From an uncultured Gammaproteobacteria bacterium (GTDB lineage: Bacteria; Patescibacteriota; Patescibacteriia; Magasanikbacterales; GWA2-37-8): DNA of 64,000 nt. Positions within the stretch are counted from its first letter, which is position 1. Each line of letters starts with the position of its first letter. The DNA is taken from NCBI GenBank assembly GCA_964634875.1, contig CAZWKA010000002.1:79590-143589 (forward strand), written 5' to 3'. Of the stretch, positions 1 through 10,000 are shown piece after piece. Under the pieces are notes generated by a model, which was not told the DNA's origin, did no database searches, and saw only the letters and a program-made list of their open reading frames with translations. The position numbers and the translations under genes are program-made.

Positions 1-51
1 AATAAAAACTACTCGAATAGTATACCTTTAAAAACCGACTGTCAATTTTAA

Positions 52-1098
52 CTAATCTTTAACTGCAATAGTTTTTTGATCTTTAGAGCTTTCCTCGAGC
101 GCATACAACGTTCGCAGCACCTGCCTATCTTCATCAAACGAATATGGGTACGGTTGCTTGCCATCAATTGCATCCAAGAAATGCAACATTTCTTCCTGAT
201 ACATATCTTCGGTCGTAACGTAATTCTTTTCCTGCTCGCCCGGCTTCAAACTTATCGTTGTCCATTCTTTGGTACTAGCGCTATATATTTTAATAGTATA
301 ATTTTGCCATTCCCAATCCAAAACGCCATCCGTGCCCAGCAAACGAAGCGTACGGAATGGGGCGCGAGCAATGACATCAATCGATAACGTGCCAACGACA
401 CCGCTCTTAAACTCAACAACTGAAAGATAGCTATCATCAGCTGTCATGTCCAGATCGGAAAGCTTACCCGCAAACCCTGTAACCTTTTTAACGGTTGACC
501 CCAAGAGATCCGTTAACCAAATTAGTTCATAGCCATACATTTCACGGCATGCACCAGTTTCTTTTTGGGCAAAATATACTTGCCGATAATCCTCCCAAGG
601 GTGCCAGTCAGGCAGGTATTGGCCTAAATGATAGTGGAAGGAAAGTACTTTGCCGACTGATCCTGCGACTACTAATTCTTTTATTTTTTTAATCGCTGGG
701 AAATAGCGGAACGTACATGATGGCGCTGCCACGAACGAACTGTCGAGCAACGGCTTTAACTCATCGTACCCCGCATCGCTGGTGGTGACTTCCACAAAAA
801 AATGGCGTTTCTTTTTAGCGGCAGCTAAAAAATAGTCGTGATGCAGATTCGGTGGCGTGGAAATAATGACTACATCGGGGTCAGCTTCCTTTTCGGCCTC
901 ATCGTAGGAAGTAAAAGCACGTACCCCGTGTTTTTCGAGCACCTCCTGGCAACGCTCCGGTGAAAAATCAAAACCAATGATCTGTTCGGGCAAAACTCCG
1001 TGGAAGAGCAGGTTACGGATTCGACGCTTGCCCATGGAGCCAAGGCCGACTTGTAAAAAACGATGGTTAGCGTTTGGCATATTTTTTGAGCTGTTCAA
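52..1098 (-). CDS. Gfo/Idh/MocA-family NAD(P)-dependent sugar oxidoreductase
   Basis: 348-aa ORF with an N-terminal Rossmann dinucleotide-binding motif (VGLGSMGKRR). Length and architecture are typical of Gfo/Idh/MocA enzymes found in nucleotide-sugar pathways. It is translationally coupled to the next ORF. The true start is probably the internal Met at MPNANHRF. Confidence 0.55.
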   Translation of the reverse strand: MNSSKNMPNANHRFLQVGLGSMGKRRIRNLLFHGVLPEQIIGFDFSPERCQEVLEKHGVRAFTSYDEAEKEADPDVVIISTPPNLHHDYFLAAAKKKRHFFVEVTTSDAGYDELKPLLDSSFVAAPSCTFRYFPAIKKIKELVVAGSVGKVLSFHYHLGQYLPDWHPWEDYRQVYFAQKETGACREMYGYELIWLTDLLGSTVKKVTGFAGKLSDLDMTADDSYLSVVEFKSGVVGTLSIDVIARAPFRTLRLLGTDGVLDWEWQNYTIKIYSASTKEWTTISLKPGEQEKNYVTTEDMYQEEMLHFLDAIDGKQPYPYSFDEDRQVLRTLYALEESSKDQKTIAVKD

Positions 1099-2005
1099 TT
1101 AAAACAATGTCGCGGAAACCTTCAGCAAAATTAGAAAAATATTTTTTACGCTCCAGGGCAGCCAAGAAAAAAGCTACTTCGTCGCGGTACATGTCATTGC
1201 GTTCCACGGCTACAGCCTGCACTGTTGTTTTCTGGCCGCGGGTAATCGTGAGGTCAGAATTTTCCGAATCCCAGAGGATGCTCCCCTTTTCGCCAGCAAT
1301 CTCGAGCGAACGGCGGCCCGGACGGCGCACATAATCTTGGTGGACGCTAACCATAACACCTTTTTTAGTAGCGAGCACACTCTCGGCAAAATCTTCAGTC
1401 TCAATCTTGAGTGGAGATATTTTTTTAACGACACAAGCTTTTGCCTCCAATACTTCACCAAGAAGCCAGGACGGATAATTCAAGTCGTGCACTAAATCAA
1501 GCATCACTCCCCCACCACCTTTCGTTTTGGCAGAATAAGTCGTCCGGTAATCACGCTTACGCCATTCGGATAAATCTTGCCCTACAGCGGCGCGGATATA
1601 ATACACTTGGCCAATTTCTTTTTTAGCGAGCAGTTCTTTAATCCTTACAAAGGGAGCAAAAAATTGGAAGTTGTAGCCAACCCACGAACTTATCTTATTT
1701 TTCTCTAGTACTTTTTGGAGTGTTCGAAGCCCGGCTGACGTATGAGAAAGCGGTTTTTCAATAAAGAGGGCCCGAGGTTTAAGCTTAATACACTCCTTAA
1801 TTGTTTGAGCATGTTTACTAGTTTCGTTGGTAATAAAGAGAGCATCGTATGGGCCTTGAGCCACGAACGTTTTCCAGTTCTTTATCAAAGGCACTTCCGG
1901 ACAATCAGTGCGATTTGAAAAAATAGCAATGTCCTCAGTGTGCTTCTTAATATTTTCGTAGTGGCGTGAACCGATCGAACCAAACCCAACGATACCAATT
2001 TTCAT
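1067..2005 (-). CDS. Gfo/Idh/MocA-family oxidoreductase (possible UDP-sugar 3-dehydrogenase, WbpB/WlbA-like)
   Basis: MKIGIVGFGSIGSRH Rossmann motif at the N-terminus. An EKP motif (FIEKPLSHT) is characteristic of Gfo/Idh/MocA enzymes. 312 aa. Confidence 0.6.
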   Translation of the reverse strand: MKIGIVGFGSIGSRHYENIKKHTEDIAIFSNRTDCPEVPLIKNWKTFVAQGPYDALFITNETSKHAQTIKECIKLKPRALFIEKPLSHTSAGLRTLQKVLEKNKISSWVGYNFQFFAPFVRIKELLAKKEIGQVYYIRAAVGQDLSEWRKRDYRTTYSAKTKGGGGVMLDLVHDLNYPSWLLGEVLEAKACVVKKISPLKIETEDFAESVLATKKGVMVSVHQDYVRRPGRRSLEIAGEKGSILWDSENSDLTITRGQKTTVQAVAVERNDMYRDEVAFFLAALERKKYFSNFAEGFRDIVLIEQLKKYAKR

Positions 2006-2008
2006 AAG

Positions 2009-2737
2009 CTAACGTTTAAACTTTTTAAGGCGGGCGGCAATTGCTTTTTTATTTTTGAACAAAACTTCGGCCATGACCCATTCTTCCGGAGTATCAAGAT
2101 CAACCGAACGCCACTTATCGCAGACGACCGCTTTAGTTTTTTTGGTAATAATCACTTTTTCTCTAAGGAGGCTAGCCGTTTTGACAATATACACAAAACA
2201 GCCGTTCAAAAGGTACCCAGCGGGCCAGGCTTGCATATTGGTAGACATTTTTTCACTCCCGTTAACGAGTTTAATATCATTGTCTGGACTAAGATGATAC
2301 AATCGTGGGTGTGTTGGACAGACAGTCAGCACCGTTGTCGCATCGGTCGCCTGGATCATTTTCCAACAGGCGGTAATATCCTGGAGCTCACGGAGTGGCG
2401 AAGTTGTTTGTAAAATAACAATGTACTCAGGGCTGTAATCCTCAATTTGTTTAAGCTTGCTAAGCAGATGCAAAAAACTATCAACCACCTTAGACGTATC
2501 CTGCGCCAATTCAGTAGGGCGCAAAAAAGGCACTTCTGCCCCAGCTCGCTTAGCAATTTTGGCAATACGTGCTGAATCGGTATCAACAATGATACGGGTA
2601 ATAAACGGAGTTTTTTTGGCCTGTTCAATAGCGTACGTAATCAGTGGTTTACCAAAAAATAGCTTGATATTTTTACCCGGAATCCGCTTAGACCCTTCCC
2701 GGGCCGGTATAATACAGAGTACCTCTGGCTGAGCCAT
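2009..2737 (-). CDS. Acylneuraminate/nonulosonate cytidylyltransferase (CMP-sugar synthetase, NeuA/PseF/LegF family)
   Basis: Hallmark N-terminal motif CIIPAREGSKRIPGKNI of the CMP-NeuAc/CMP-Kdo synthetase family. 242 aa. Adjacent to the amidotransferase trio. Confidence 0.7.
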   Translation of the reverse strand: MAQPEVLCIIPAREGSKRIPGKNIKLFFGKPLITYAIEQAKKTPFITRIIVDTDSARIAKIAKRAGAEVPFLRPTELAQDTSKVVDSFLHLLSKLKQIEDYSPEYIVILQTTSPLRELQDITACWKMIQATDATTVLTVCPTHPRLYHLSPDNDIKLVNGSEKMSTNMQAWPAGYLLNGCFVYIVKTASLLREKVIITKKTKAVVCDKWRSVDLDTPEEWVMAEVLFKNKKAIAARLKKFKR

Positions 2738-2742
2738 ATAAT

Positions 2743-3936
2743 TTAGTTAACACGATATTTTAACTTCCATTCATCTCCTACTTTTTCCCACAAGTGCGGC
2801 GAGCGGTAGGAATCAATGACTTCCCAAAAACGCTGTTCAGAAATATTGAGGTACTCCAAAAAATCTTTAAAATACTTTTGAGGGAATTCACCGTCGTACC
2901 GTTTGACCAAAGCAACACCTTCTTCACGGGTTAGGTGGCCAGAGCGGATTTCCATCATCGCATCGCGCGTGGCACGACCCAAACCAAATTTAATGAAGCC
3001 AAGATACCAATGGAAACCATCGGTCTTATCGTCCAGGCTAGCATATTTCGAATAGGTGCCTTCAGAGCGCCCCGTCGCGTTGGTTTCAAAGCCAGTATGT
3101 TTTGAAGCGTAATAAAAATTTTCTTGCGGCACCCATTTTTTGTAATACGACATCCAGTGCATTTGGATCCCCACTTTCTCGATTGCATCGAGGCTAGGGG
3201 GACGATAGAGCTCAAAAGTTTTTTCTTCTACTTCGCCTGGTTCAAAAATGCCACGCTCGAGCCCGGCCTCAACGAGCTTATCAACGCCCGCACCTTTAAA
3301 ATACAAACGCTCCCAGTCTTTGACTGATTCATAGGGCTTGTTGGCGTTTTCCATTGAACCGCCGTATTCAGCTTCACCATTTTCACCGTAGAAAATAAGT
3401 GGGATATTAAATTTAAGGGCGATATGGAAGGCATAGGCCTTTTGACCAAAGGTAAAAGGCTCCCAGGCATCTCCCTTAAGCTCAAAAGCGACCCGGGCAA
3501 GCTTGCGGTGAAGGACACCGTTTTGGAAACAGGTCATCCCGGTAAACCCGGATTGGATGAAATTGTTATAATTCTTAAAACCAATATCTGTATACAAAAA
3601 AGGCGCCCAGGTAACCACCAATGGATGCATCCCATACTTAGTTTTCAGGATGTGGGCGGTATACCCACTATCCTTACCACCGCTCCCGGGCACTACAACG
3701 TCGAAACTACCATCTTTAGATCGGTGCTTATCAAGGAGGGCGACCAATTCGGTTTCACGCTTTTCCCAATCGATGCCATTGTTTTTATACTCAGCATACT
3801 GGCAGGCGGCACAAACACCCACCTCATTGAATGTGATGCGCGGACGCTGGTTTGAAACCACACATTTGGTACAATAAAAAACTTTTTCGGATTGCTCTTT
3901 GAGCTGCTGATCAAGATTAGTAGCCGAAACACTCAT
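2743..3936 (-). CDS. N-acetyl sugar amidotransferase (WbuX/PseA family, PP-loop ATPase)
   Basis: PP-loop motif VVPGSGGKDSGY and a Cys-rich N-terminus (CTKCVVSNQRP...CAAC). The 397-aa size is typical. It lies immediately upstream of HisH/HisF paralogs, as in WbuXYZ and acetamidino-nonulosonate clusters. Confidence 0.65.
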   Translation of the reverse strand: MSVSATNLDQQLKEQSEKVFYCTKCVVSNQRPRITFNEVGVCAACQYAEYKNNGIDWEKRETELVALLDKHRSKDGSFDVVVPGSGGKDSGYTAHILKTKYGMHPLVVTWAPFLYTDIGFKNYNNFIQSGFTGMTCFQNGVLHRKLARVAFELKGDAWEPFTFGQKAYAFHIALKFNIPLIFYGENGEAEYGGSMENANKPYESVKDWERLYFKGAGVDKLVEAGLERGIFEPGEVEEKTFELYRPPSLDAIEKVGIQMHWMSYYKKWVPQENFYYASKHTGFETNATGRSEGTYSKYASLDDKTDGFHWYLGFIKFGLGRATRDAMMEIRSGHLTREEGVALVKRYDGEFPQKYFKDFLEYLNISEQRFWEVIDSYRSPHLWEKVGDEWKLKYRVN

Positions 3937-3940
3937 ACAA

Positions 3941-4582
3941 TTAGAATTTAGAAACTAAGGTACTAAAATTTTTAATAATAGCCAGGCCATCGGTGGCACT
4001 TTTTTCCGGATGGAATTGCGCCCCATACATATTACCAAAACGCACGACTGCCGGGAATGTATAGCCCCCATAAGTTGTGGTTGCCAACACGTTTTTTTCT
4101 TCGGTCGGCTGCATGATATAGGAATGGACAAAATAAGCATACACGCCTGGCTCCAAACCTTCGAGCACTGTATCACTCCACGATACACCCGTCGGCTTAC
4201 TAACCATATTCCAGCCCATGTGGGGCACCTTTTCACTATTCTCAAGCAGCGGAAAGGCAACTACCTGACCAGAAATAAGACCCAGGCCAGGAAAAATTCC
4301 GAGCTCCCGACCTTCGCTAAACAAGAGCTGTGCACCGAGGCAAATACCAAGCACGGGCTTACCAGAAGCTCCAAAAGCCCTCACAACATCAACTAGGCCC
4401 CGGGTAGTAAGTCCGTGCATGCCAGCACCAAACGAACCAACGCCGGGCAACACCAAAGCATCGGCATTCGCAAGGACAGTGGGGTCATCAGAAATTACTG
4501 GAGCAACACCAACTTCCTCAAAAGCCCGTTTTAAGCTTTTAAGGTTGCCGACCCCATAGTCAATAATAACAATACTTTTCAC
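3941..4582 (-). CDS. HisH-like glutamine amidotransferase subunit (WbuY-like; glycan-pathway paralog of imidazole glycerol phosphate synthase)
   Basis: Class I GATase motifs (GICLGAQLL catalytic Cys; HSY...HPEKS). 213 aa. There is a 4-bp overlap with the HisF-like gene. No other his genes are nearby. Confidence 0.7.
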   Translation of the reverse strand: MKSIVIIDYGVGNLKSLKRAFEEVGVAPVISDDPTVLANADALVLPGVGSFGAGMHGLTTRGLVDVVRAFGASGKPVLGICLGAQLLFSEGRELGIFPGLGLISGQVVAFPLLENSEKVPHMGWNMVSKPTGVSWSDTVLEGLEPGVYAYFVHSYIMQPTEEKNVLATTTYGGYTFPAVVRFGNMYGAQFHPEKSATDGLAIIKNFSTLVSKF

Positions 4583-5346
4583 AGGATTCGTACGTTAAGC
4601 CCTTGTTCTTTAAGATACTTTTTAACATCCCCAATGGTATAGTCAGTATAATGGAAAATAGATGAAGCGGCTACCGCATCAACTGCGGCCCTGGAAACAG
4701 CTTCTACCATGGACTCGGGACCGCTCGCGCCACCATGGAGCACGACCGGAACTTGAGCAAAACCAGTGATCTGGCGGGCAAGCTCAAGATCATACCCACG
4801 ACGCGTGCCGTCAAAATCTATTGAAGTCAGAAGAATTTCACCGACCCCTAAGGCCAGACCTTGCTTGATCCACTCTACAACATTCCGCCCGCTCAGCTCA
4901 CGGCCTCCATCGGTATAGGCCTCCCAACCACCGTCGGGCTGGCGCATGGCTTCGACTGATAAGACTATACACTGCGAACCAAACTCAGCGACTGCTTCAC
5001 GCAAAAATTCCGGATGATGGATGGCGTGTGTATTTATAGCCACTTTATCTGCCCCTGCACGCAGGACATTGTTGATATCCTGGATAGTTCGTATACCGCC
5101 GCCGACAGTAATAGGAATAAAAATACCTTCAGTAACAGACGACAACTGGTCAAAATCAATATTGCGCTGGTACAGGCTCGCCACAATATCCATGTATATG
5201 ATTTCATCCGCGCCTTCGTGGTAATAACGCTGCATGAGTGTTTTAGGGTCGCCAACAATACGCAAAGCTTCGGTTTGCACCGGCTTAACGACATGAGGAC
5301 CCTTGATATCAAGACGAGGGATGATGCGGATGTTTTTCATTGGCAA
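4579..5346 (-). CDS. HisF-like cyclase subunit (WbuZ-like)
   Basis: (beta/alpha)8 HisF signatures ([10 protein letters not shown]; VGGGIRT; LHGGASG). 255 aa. It is coupled to the HisH-like gene. Confidence 0.7.
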   Translation of the reverse strand: MPMKNIRIIPRLDIKGPHVVKPVQTEALRIVGDPKTLMQRYYHEGADEIIYMDIVASLYQRNIDFDQLSSVTEGIFIPITVGGGIRTIQDINNVLRAGADKVAINTHAIHHPEFLREAVAEFGSQCIVLSVEAMRQPDGGWEAYTDGGRELSGRNVVEWIKQGLALGVGEILLTSIDFDGTRRGYDLELARQITGFAQVPVVLHGGASGPESMVEAVSRAAVDAVAASSIFHYTDYTIGDVKKYLKEQGLNVRIL

Positions 5347-5401
5347 AAGATAGTTACCCGAGGGATTATACTAAGAAACTAAAAAAATTCAAGGTTTTGC
5401 T

Positions 5402-6253
5402 TTATAAAGACCAGGTCAAGAGAATAATACCGCCAATTAAAATACTGGCGATACAAACCTTAAAAACCACATTTATTTCTTTGAAGTAAAATCGTCCTGT
5501 CGCTATTGACCAGAGCACTGCTGAGGAGCGCCGAGCAGCAATGATGACAGAAGCTGGCGCAAACACATACGCAAAGCTATCAACTACTCCAGTCACCCCC
5601 GACAAGAATGCTTGAAAAATAACTATTGGTTGCCGGAGCGAGTGCCACGGTCGCTCTTTAGCGCGGAGCAAACTACCCACAGTGAAATAACCGACTATAC
5701 AGATATAAACGAGCAACTGCTCGGCGACCACTGAATTATAATGGGCGATATCGTATTTAAACAAACTAATCGTTACCGCAGCTAAGACCGTGCTAAGGAC
5801 CGTTAAACCAACTCCTGCGCGTGTTATGGTTTGCCTTGAAAAAACCAACACCAGCGCAACTATAATCACACCGATACCTGCCAGATGATAGGTTGTAAGC
5901 TGGTAACCCAACATCCAGTCAATACCAAGCACAAGTGGAATCGTGCCCACACGAATAAAACTAAAAGTACTACGGTCCGCAATGGTTATGGCCGCCCGTG
6001 AAGTATGTGCCAGCACCATTTCCAAAAATACCCGCAGCGTAAAAAAAGGCAAAGAAGCCGAAGAGAACAAGAACGTTTCATGTTTGATAAGAGCGATAGC
6101 TAGAAAAAATACTGCTGCCGCGGATGATTGGATCCAGCCGAACGTATAAATACTATAGGCTTTTTTACTCACCCGATCTTTTCCAATAGCAGCACTGAGT
6201 TCTTCTAAAAATGTGCTAATTGCGGTTAAGAGAACTCCCCACATAGGTACCAT
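5402..6253 (-). CDS. EamA/DMT-superfamily membrane transporter
   Basis: About 10 predicted hydrophobic helices arranged as two repeated halves. 283 aa. No soluble domains. Confidence 0.5.
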   Translation of the reverse strand: MVPMWGVLLTAISTFLEELSAAIGKDRVSKKAYSIYTFGWIQSSAAAVFFLAIALIKHETFLFSSASLPFFTLRVFLEMVLAHTSRAAITIADRSTFSFIRVGTIPLVLGIDWMLGYQLTTYHLAGIGVIIVALVLVFSRQTITRAGVGLTVLSTVLAAVTISLFKYDIAHYNSVVAEQLLVYICIVGYFTVGSLLRAKERPWHSLRQPIVIFQAFLSGVTGVVDSFAYVFAPASVIIAARRSSAVLWSIATGRFYFKEINVVFKVCIASILIGGIILLTWSL

Positions 6254-6276
6254 GAGTAATTGGAAAAATCCTGACG

Positions 6277-7251
6277 CTAGGTATTCTTGGCCTGATATGC
6301 CGCTTCGAGTACCATTAATTTTTTGTAATTTTCCGGGCTGGCCAGGGTTTTTATCTCTGCAATTTTACTTTCCTTTGCTTTGGCCGACTCTGCATTAGGT
6401 AGTCGTTCACGTACCAAGATCTGGGCCATTTCAGCGGTGACCGGACGGTTTAAAAATTTCTGCAATTTTTTAACAAGCTGGTTAGGATTAGCTAGTATTT
6501 CTTCGTACCTAACCGAAAGCATTTTGGCTTTCTGGCTTGGTGATAATTTTTTGTAACTTGCGCGGCTACGCTCCATCAAGGTTGTAATCGACATAATCAC
6601 TCGGTCCATTTCACTGGCCTTGGCATAACGCTTGGTTTGGCCGGCTATATACCACGGGTACGGGCCGCTCGCGTCTTTAAAAGGAATGATAAATAATTTA
6701 GGGTCGTCCCCGAGGCGCTTAGCGAGCCCACGCTTATACCATGATGCAACGAGCTCTACCGGGCTACGTTCCAAACTAACGACTTTGATACCTGGAAATG
6801 TTTCTAAGTATACTTTAATATTTGGCATTAACTCATGCAAAATAAAAAAACTATACGCCTTACTTTTATAAAAACGTTTGAGCGCCTCGTCACCATCCGG
6901 CTCTTCACCGCGGTGCAAATATTTTTCAGGTTCCGGAACATTATAAATCGAAGATTTGTCACCCCGGCGATGGTTAAGGGTGCGGCCAATAGCCATTTCA
7001 TAACAATGTGTATCGATCTCACATCGTAAAAGCTCTTTCGCAACTTCTTTGGTTAAAAAACCACTTTCCAATAAAAAAGGGATGTGTTCTAAAAGGCCAT
7101 GATATTGAACAGGCTCAATCCCGGACAACCCATTTAAAATATTAGCTAACAAAAATTTTCCAGAGCGAGAAATTCCCTCAACGATAAGCAGGTCTTTTAC
7201 TAACGGAGTGCGTGATCCAAGTCTTAACGACACCTTTTTTTTTGCGGGCAT
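6277..7251 (-). CDS. PAPS-dependent sulfotransferase family protein
   Basis: P-loop-like 5'-PSB region (GISRSGKFLLANIL) and a 3'-PB-like motif (ERSPVELVASWY, resembling RxPxDxxxSxY). It is flanked by cysQ, cysC and sat. 324 aa. Confidence 0.5.
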   Translation of the reverse strand: MPAKKKVSLRLGSRTPLVKDLLIVEGISRSGKFLLANILNGLSGIEPVQYHGLLEHIPFLLESGFLTKEVAKELLRCEIDTHCYEMAIGRTLNHRRGDKSSIYNVPEPEKYLHRGEEPDGDEALKRFYKSKAYSFFILHELMPNIKVYLETFPGIKVVSLERSPVELVASWYKRGLAKRLGDDPKLFIIPFKDASGPYPWYIAGQTKRYAKASEMDRVIMSITTLMERSRASYKKLSPSQKAKMLSVRYEEILANPNQLVKKLQKFLNRPVTAEMAQILVRERLPNAESAKAKESKIAEIKTLASPENYKKLMVLEAAYQAKNT

Positions 7252-7256
7252 ACAAG

Positions 7257-8093
7257 TTAACTGCTTAAAGAATAAAAATGACGGATCGCTTCAATAAGCC
7301 GATTATGCAAAACACCATTAGTCACCACAATCCCCTCTGGATGTTTGACTACGGCCGTATTATACAACAAAGGTTGGCCGCGCGTATCGGTTATAGCACC
7401 ACCAGCTTCTGTAATCAAGCAATGTCCAGCGCTGGTATCCCACTGGCTAATATGACGCGTAAAAGAAAAATAAATATCAGCACTACCACGTGCTAATTCA
7501 GCTATTTTAAGTCCGCAGCTGCCGGTTTGTTTCTCACTTCCTAATCCCAATGTTCCTAAAAATTCTTTTTCTGCAGCGCTTAAGTGGTTCCGGCTTACCA
7601 ATGCCTCAGCTACATTAAAATCGTCGGTCTTACTTACCCCTATTTTACTTAGTTTATTATCTTGAACAAGAAAAGCGCCTCTTCCTTTTTCTGCTATAAA
7701 ATAACGTTCGCGGGCTGGCTGGTACACAATACCAATAGCGGGAATACCATTATCAACTAAACCAATAAGCACGGTAAATTCGTCATTATGGTCGATAAAA
7801 TCCTGCGTACCATCGATTGGGTCGACAATCCAGACCTTCTCAGCATTAAGACGATCTGCTGAGTCAGCCGTTTCTTCGGATAAAATTGGATAACCGGAAG
7901 TATTTAGAATTTCTGAAATTACCTGGTTACTTGCCACATCAGCTTCGGTTACCGGGCCTTCATTGTTTTCTTTTTCACGCACTGAAAAATCACGGGCGTA
8001 TATTTCCCGGATGCGGATGCCCGCAGCTTCCGCCGCAGTAAGAGCGAGCTGGCAATCCGGGCTGAATTGTCCTTTAAAAGCCTCAGAAATCAT
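7257..8093 (-). CDS. cysQ: 3'(2'),5'-bisphosphate nucleotidase CysQ (inositol monophosphatase family; PAP phosphatase)
   Basis: IMPase-family metal-binding motifs (EE...WIVDPIDGT; WD). 278 aa. There is a 4-bp overlap with cysC. Confidence 0.7.
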   Translation of the reverse strand: MISEAFKGQFSPDCQLALTAAEAAGIRIREIYARDFSVREKENNEGPVTEADVASNQVISEILNTSGYPILSEETADSADRLNAEKVWIVDPIDGTQDFIDHNDEFTVLIGLVDNGIPAIGIVYQPARERYFIAEKGRGAFLVQDNKLSKIGVSKTDDFNVAEALVSRNHLSAAEKEFLGTLGLGSEKQTGSCGLKIAELARGSADIYFSFTRHISQWDTSAGHCLITEAGGAITDTRGQPLLYNTAVVKHPEGIVVTNGVLHNRLIEAIRHFYSLSS

Positions 8094-8617
8094 AGGCGAC
8101 CACTGGCTTCCAAAAAAGCCAGTAATTTTTTAATACTTTCGTCCGGGCTTTCGCCCGTAGTTTTAATTTCAATTTCAGGATTGAGCGGTGCTTCATAAGG
8201 ATTACTAACACTTACTCCAATAAGATTTGTCAGTTCGCCTGACGCGGCTTTCGCGTACAGCCCTTTAGTGTCACGGGCAACGCATTCTTCGAGAGGGCAG
8301 TTAACATACACTTCAACAAAATCAGGGCCTATTTTTTGGCGGGCGGCTTGCCGGTCTTCGCGGTAGGGAGAAATAATGGGTGTAATAATAAAATCATATT
8401 CTACCACATGCCCAACAGCGAGCTCGGCAATCAGGCGGTTATTCTCACGGATATCTTCACGGGTGAAACCCAGGTGTTTATGAAGCGTGTCACGCACGGT
8501 GTCACCGTCAAAAAGAATTACTTTTTTCCCTATGGCCATTAATTTTTCTTTTAGGCCATTTGCAATCGTTGACTTGCCAGAACCGCTTAACCCTGTAAAC
8601 CAAAGTACTGTTGCCAT
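8090..8617 (-). CDS. cysC: Adenylyl-sulfate kinase (APS kinase)
   Basis: Walker A motif LWFTGLSGSGKST and an LDGDTVR-type motif (LFDGDTVRDTL). 175 aa, canonical CysC length. Confidence 0.85.
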   Translation of the reverse strand: MATVLWFTGLSGSGKSTIANGLKEKLMAIGKKVILFDGDTVRDTLHKHLGFTREDIRENNRLIAELAVGHVVEYDFIITPIISPYREDRQAARQKIGPDFVEVYVNCPLEECVARDTKGLYAKAASGELTNLIGVSVSNPYEAPLNPEIEIKTTGESPDESIKKLLAFLEASGRL

Positions 8618-8621
8618 ATAT

Positions 8622-9953
8622 TTATTTATTAGTATCTTGGACAGCCACTTGGTTGGTTTCCTCAGGATTGGTAGACAATAATGGCCAACCTTTGCTTAGA
8701 ACAAATCGGAGCCATAAGCCAGCCGCCTGCGAAGTTACTATGGCTGTAATTACCAGGGTCGTATAAAAAGCAGCACTAATTATGCCTGCTTCATAGGCAA
8801 CGCTAGCGAGCACGATACCAGGACCCCCTCGGGCATTAGTGGTAATGGCTAAGTTTAGAATATCCAATTTTTTGAATCCAGCCAGTCGAGCCGCAAACCC
8901 AACCGAGACGAGGGCAATCAACGATGAACCCAATAAAAAAACAACCAATAATCCAAAAGAAAAATCGCGGTCAAATACTAAACGATACCCTACCAGGGCA
9001 AAGTAAATAGGGATAAAAATAGCGAAAGAAAACTTACTGATGGCGTCCAAGGCATCGGCATAATGCTCCCGCTGTCCTCCAATAATACCACCCGATATCC
9101 CAAATCCAGCTAAGAAAGCTGCAAATACCAAATTGACTTCTAGATAGGCCGCGAGGCCGACATACGCAAATAAAATAAAAAGCACATAGGCCGGCACGGA
9201 AGCTTTATAGAGAATGTTCCAGCGTACGCTACGCAAACTTCTCATCAACCTAGGCATGAGAACCAACGCTGACGCCATGTAGATCGCTGTAATAATGATG
9301 TGAGCTGTGGTGGATCCAACCACACTACCTTCGACAAAGTCATTCGCCTTAGTCAGCGCAGCAGCCACTGCCAGCACGCCCCAAAGAGCAATATCTTCTA
9401 AAACCGCAGAACCTAGTATGAGGCTGGCAAAACGAGTGTGTAATATATTCAAATCGTGGAAAATGCGGGAAATAACTGGAATAGAAGTTACCGCTACCGC
9501 ACTCGCGAGAATTAATAAGGCAGCATTCTTAACTCCAGCTGCACCCACCAACGGATCAAGAGGAATTACAGAGAATAAACCCAGTGCCAAAACGAGAAAA
9601 AAGGGTAAGGGTGTACCAATACCAAGCAACCAAGCGGTTTCACGGCGATTCTCTTTAGAAAGCAATCGACGGACCTGGCTCCCTGAAATAAACATGAGAA
9701 GGAGCACACCGAGCCAGTAAATAAATCCAAGGACTATTGAAGTTTTCTGCCCGAGGGCAGGGTTTTGAAAGAGAAAGCTAAACACAGTTGGGGCAAAACG
9801 GCCGAGCACAAAAGGACCCAAGAGAATACCGGCGAGTATTTCTCCTACCAGACGAGGTTGGTGTAACCGTTCAAAGATATAACCCAGAACGTGCACTGCA
9901 GCCACAAATATACCGAGCGTCAGGACAAATAAACCAACTTCTACTTCAGACAT
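8622..9953 (-). CDS. Cation:proton antiporter (Na+/H+ exchanger, CPA family)
   Basis: 443-aa polytopic membrane protein. The N-terminus is typical of the Na_H_Exchanger family (GEILAGILLGP). It sits between cysC and sat on the same strand. Confidence 0.6.
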   Translation of the reverse strand: MSEVEVGLFVLTLGIFVAAVHVLGYIFERLHQPRLVGEILAGILLGPFVLGRFAPTVFSFLFQNPALGQKTSIVLGFIYWLGVLLLMFISGSQVRRLLSKENRRETAWLLGIGTPLPFFLVLALGLFSVIPLDPLVGAAGVKNAALLILASAVAVTSIPVISRIFHDLNILHTRFASLILGSAVLEDIALWGVLAVAAALTKANDFVEGSVVGSTTAHIIITAIYMASALVLMPRLMRSLRSVRWNILYKASVPAYVLFILFAYVGLAAYLEVNLVFAAFLAGFGISGGIIGGQREHYADALDAISKFSFAIFIPIYFALVGYRLVFDRDFSFGLLVVFLLGSSLIALVSVGFAARLAGFKKLDILNLAITTNARGGPGIVLASVAYEAGIISAAFYTTLVITAIVTSQAAGLWLRFVLSKGWPLLSTNPEETNQVAVQDTNK

Positions 9954-10000
9954 AAGGACTATTTATTAAACGAGTAAGCATACTGCTTTTACAGGTAAAG

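Noticed and set aside
3941-5346. HisH/HisF read as histidine biosynthesis genes
   Set aside because: No hisA/B/C/D/G/I is adjacent. The genes are translationally coupled to a WbuX/PseA-type amidotransferase, which is the known glycan-pathway arrangement.
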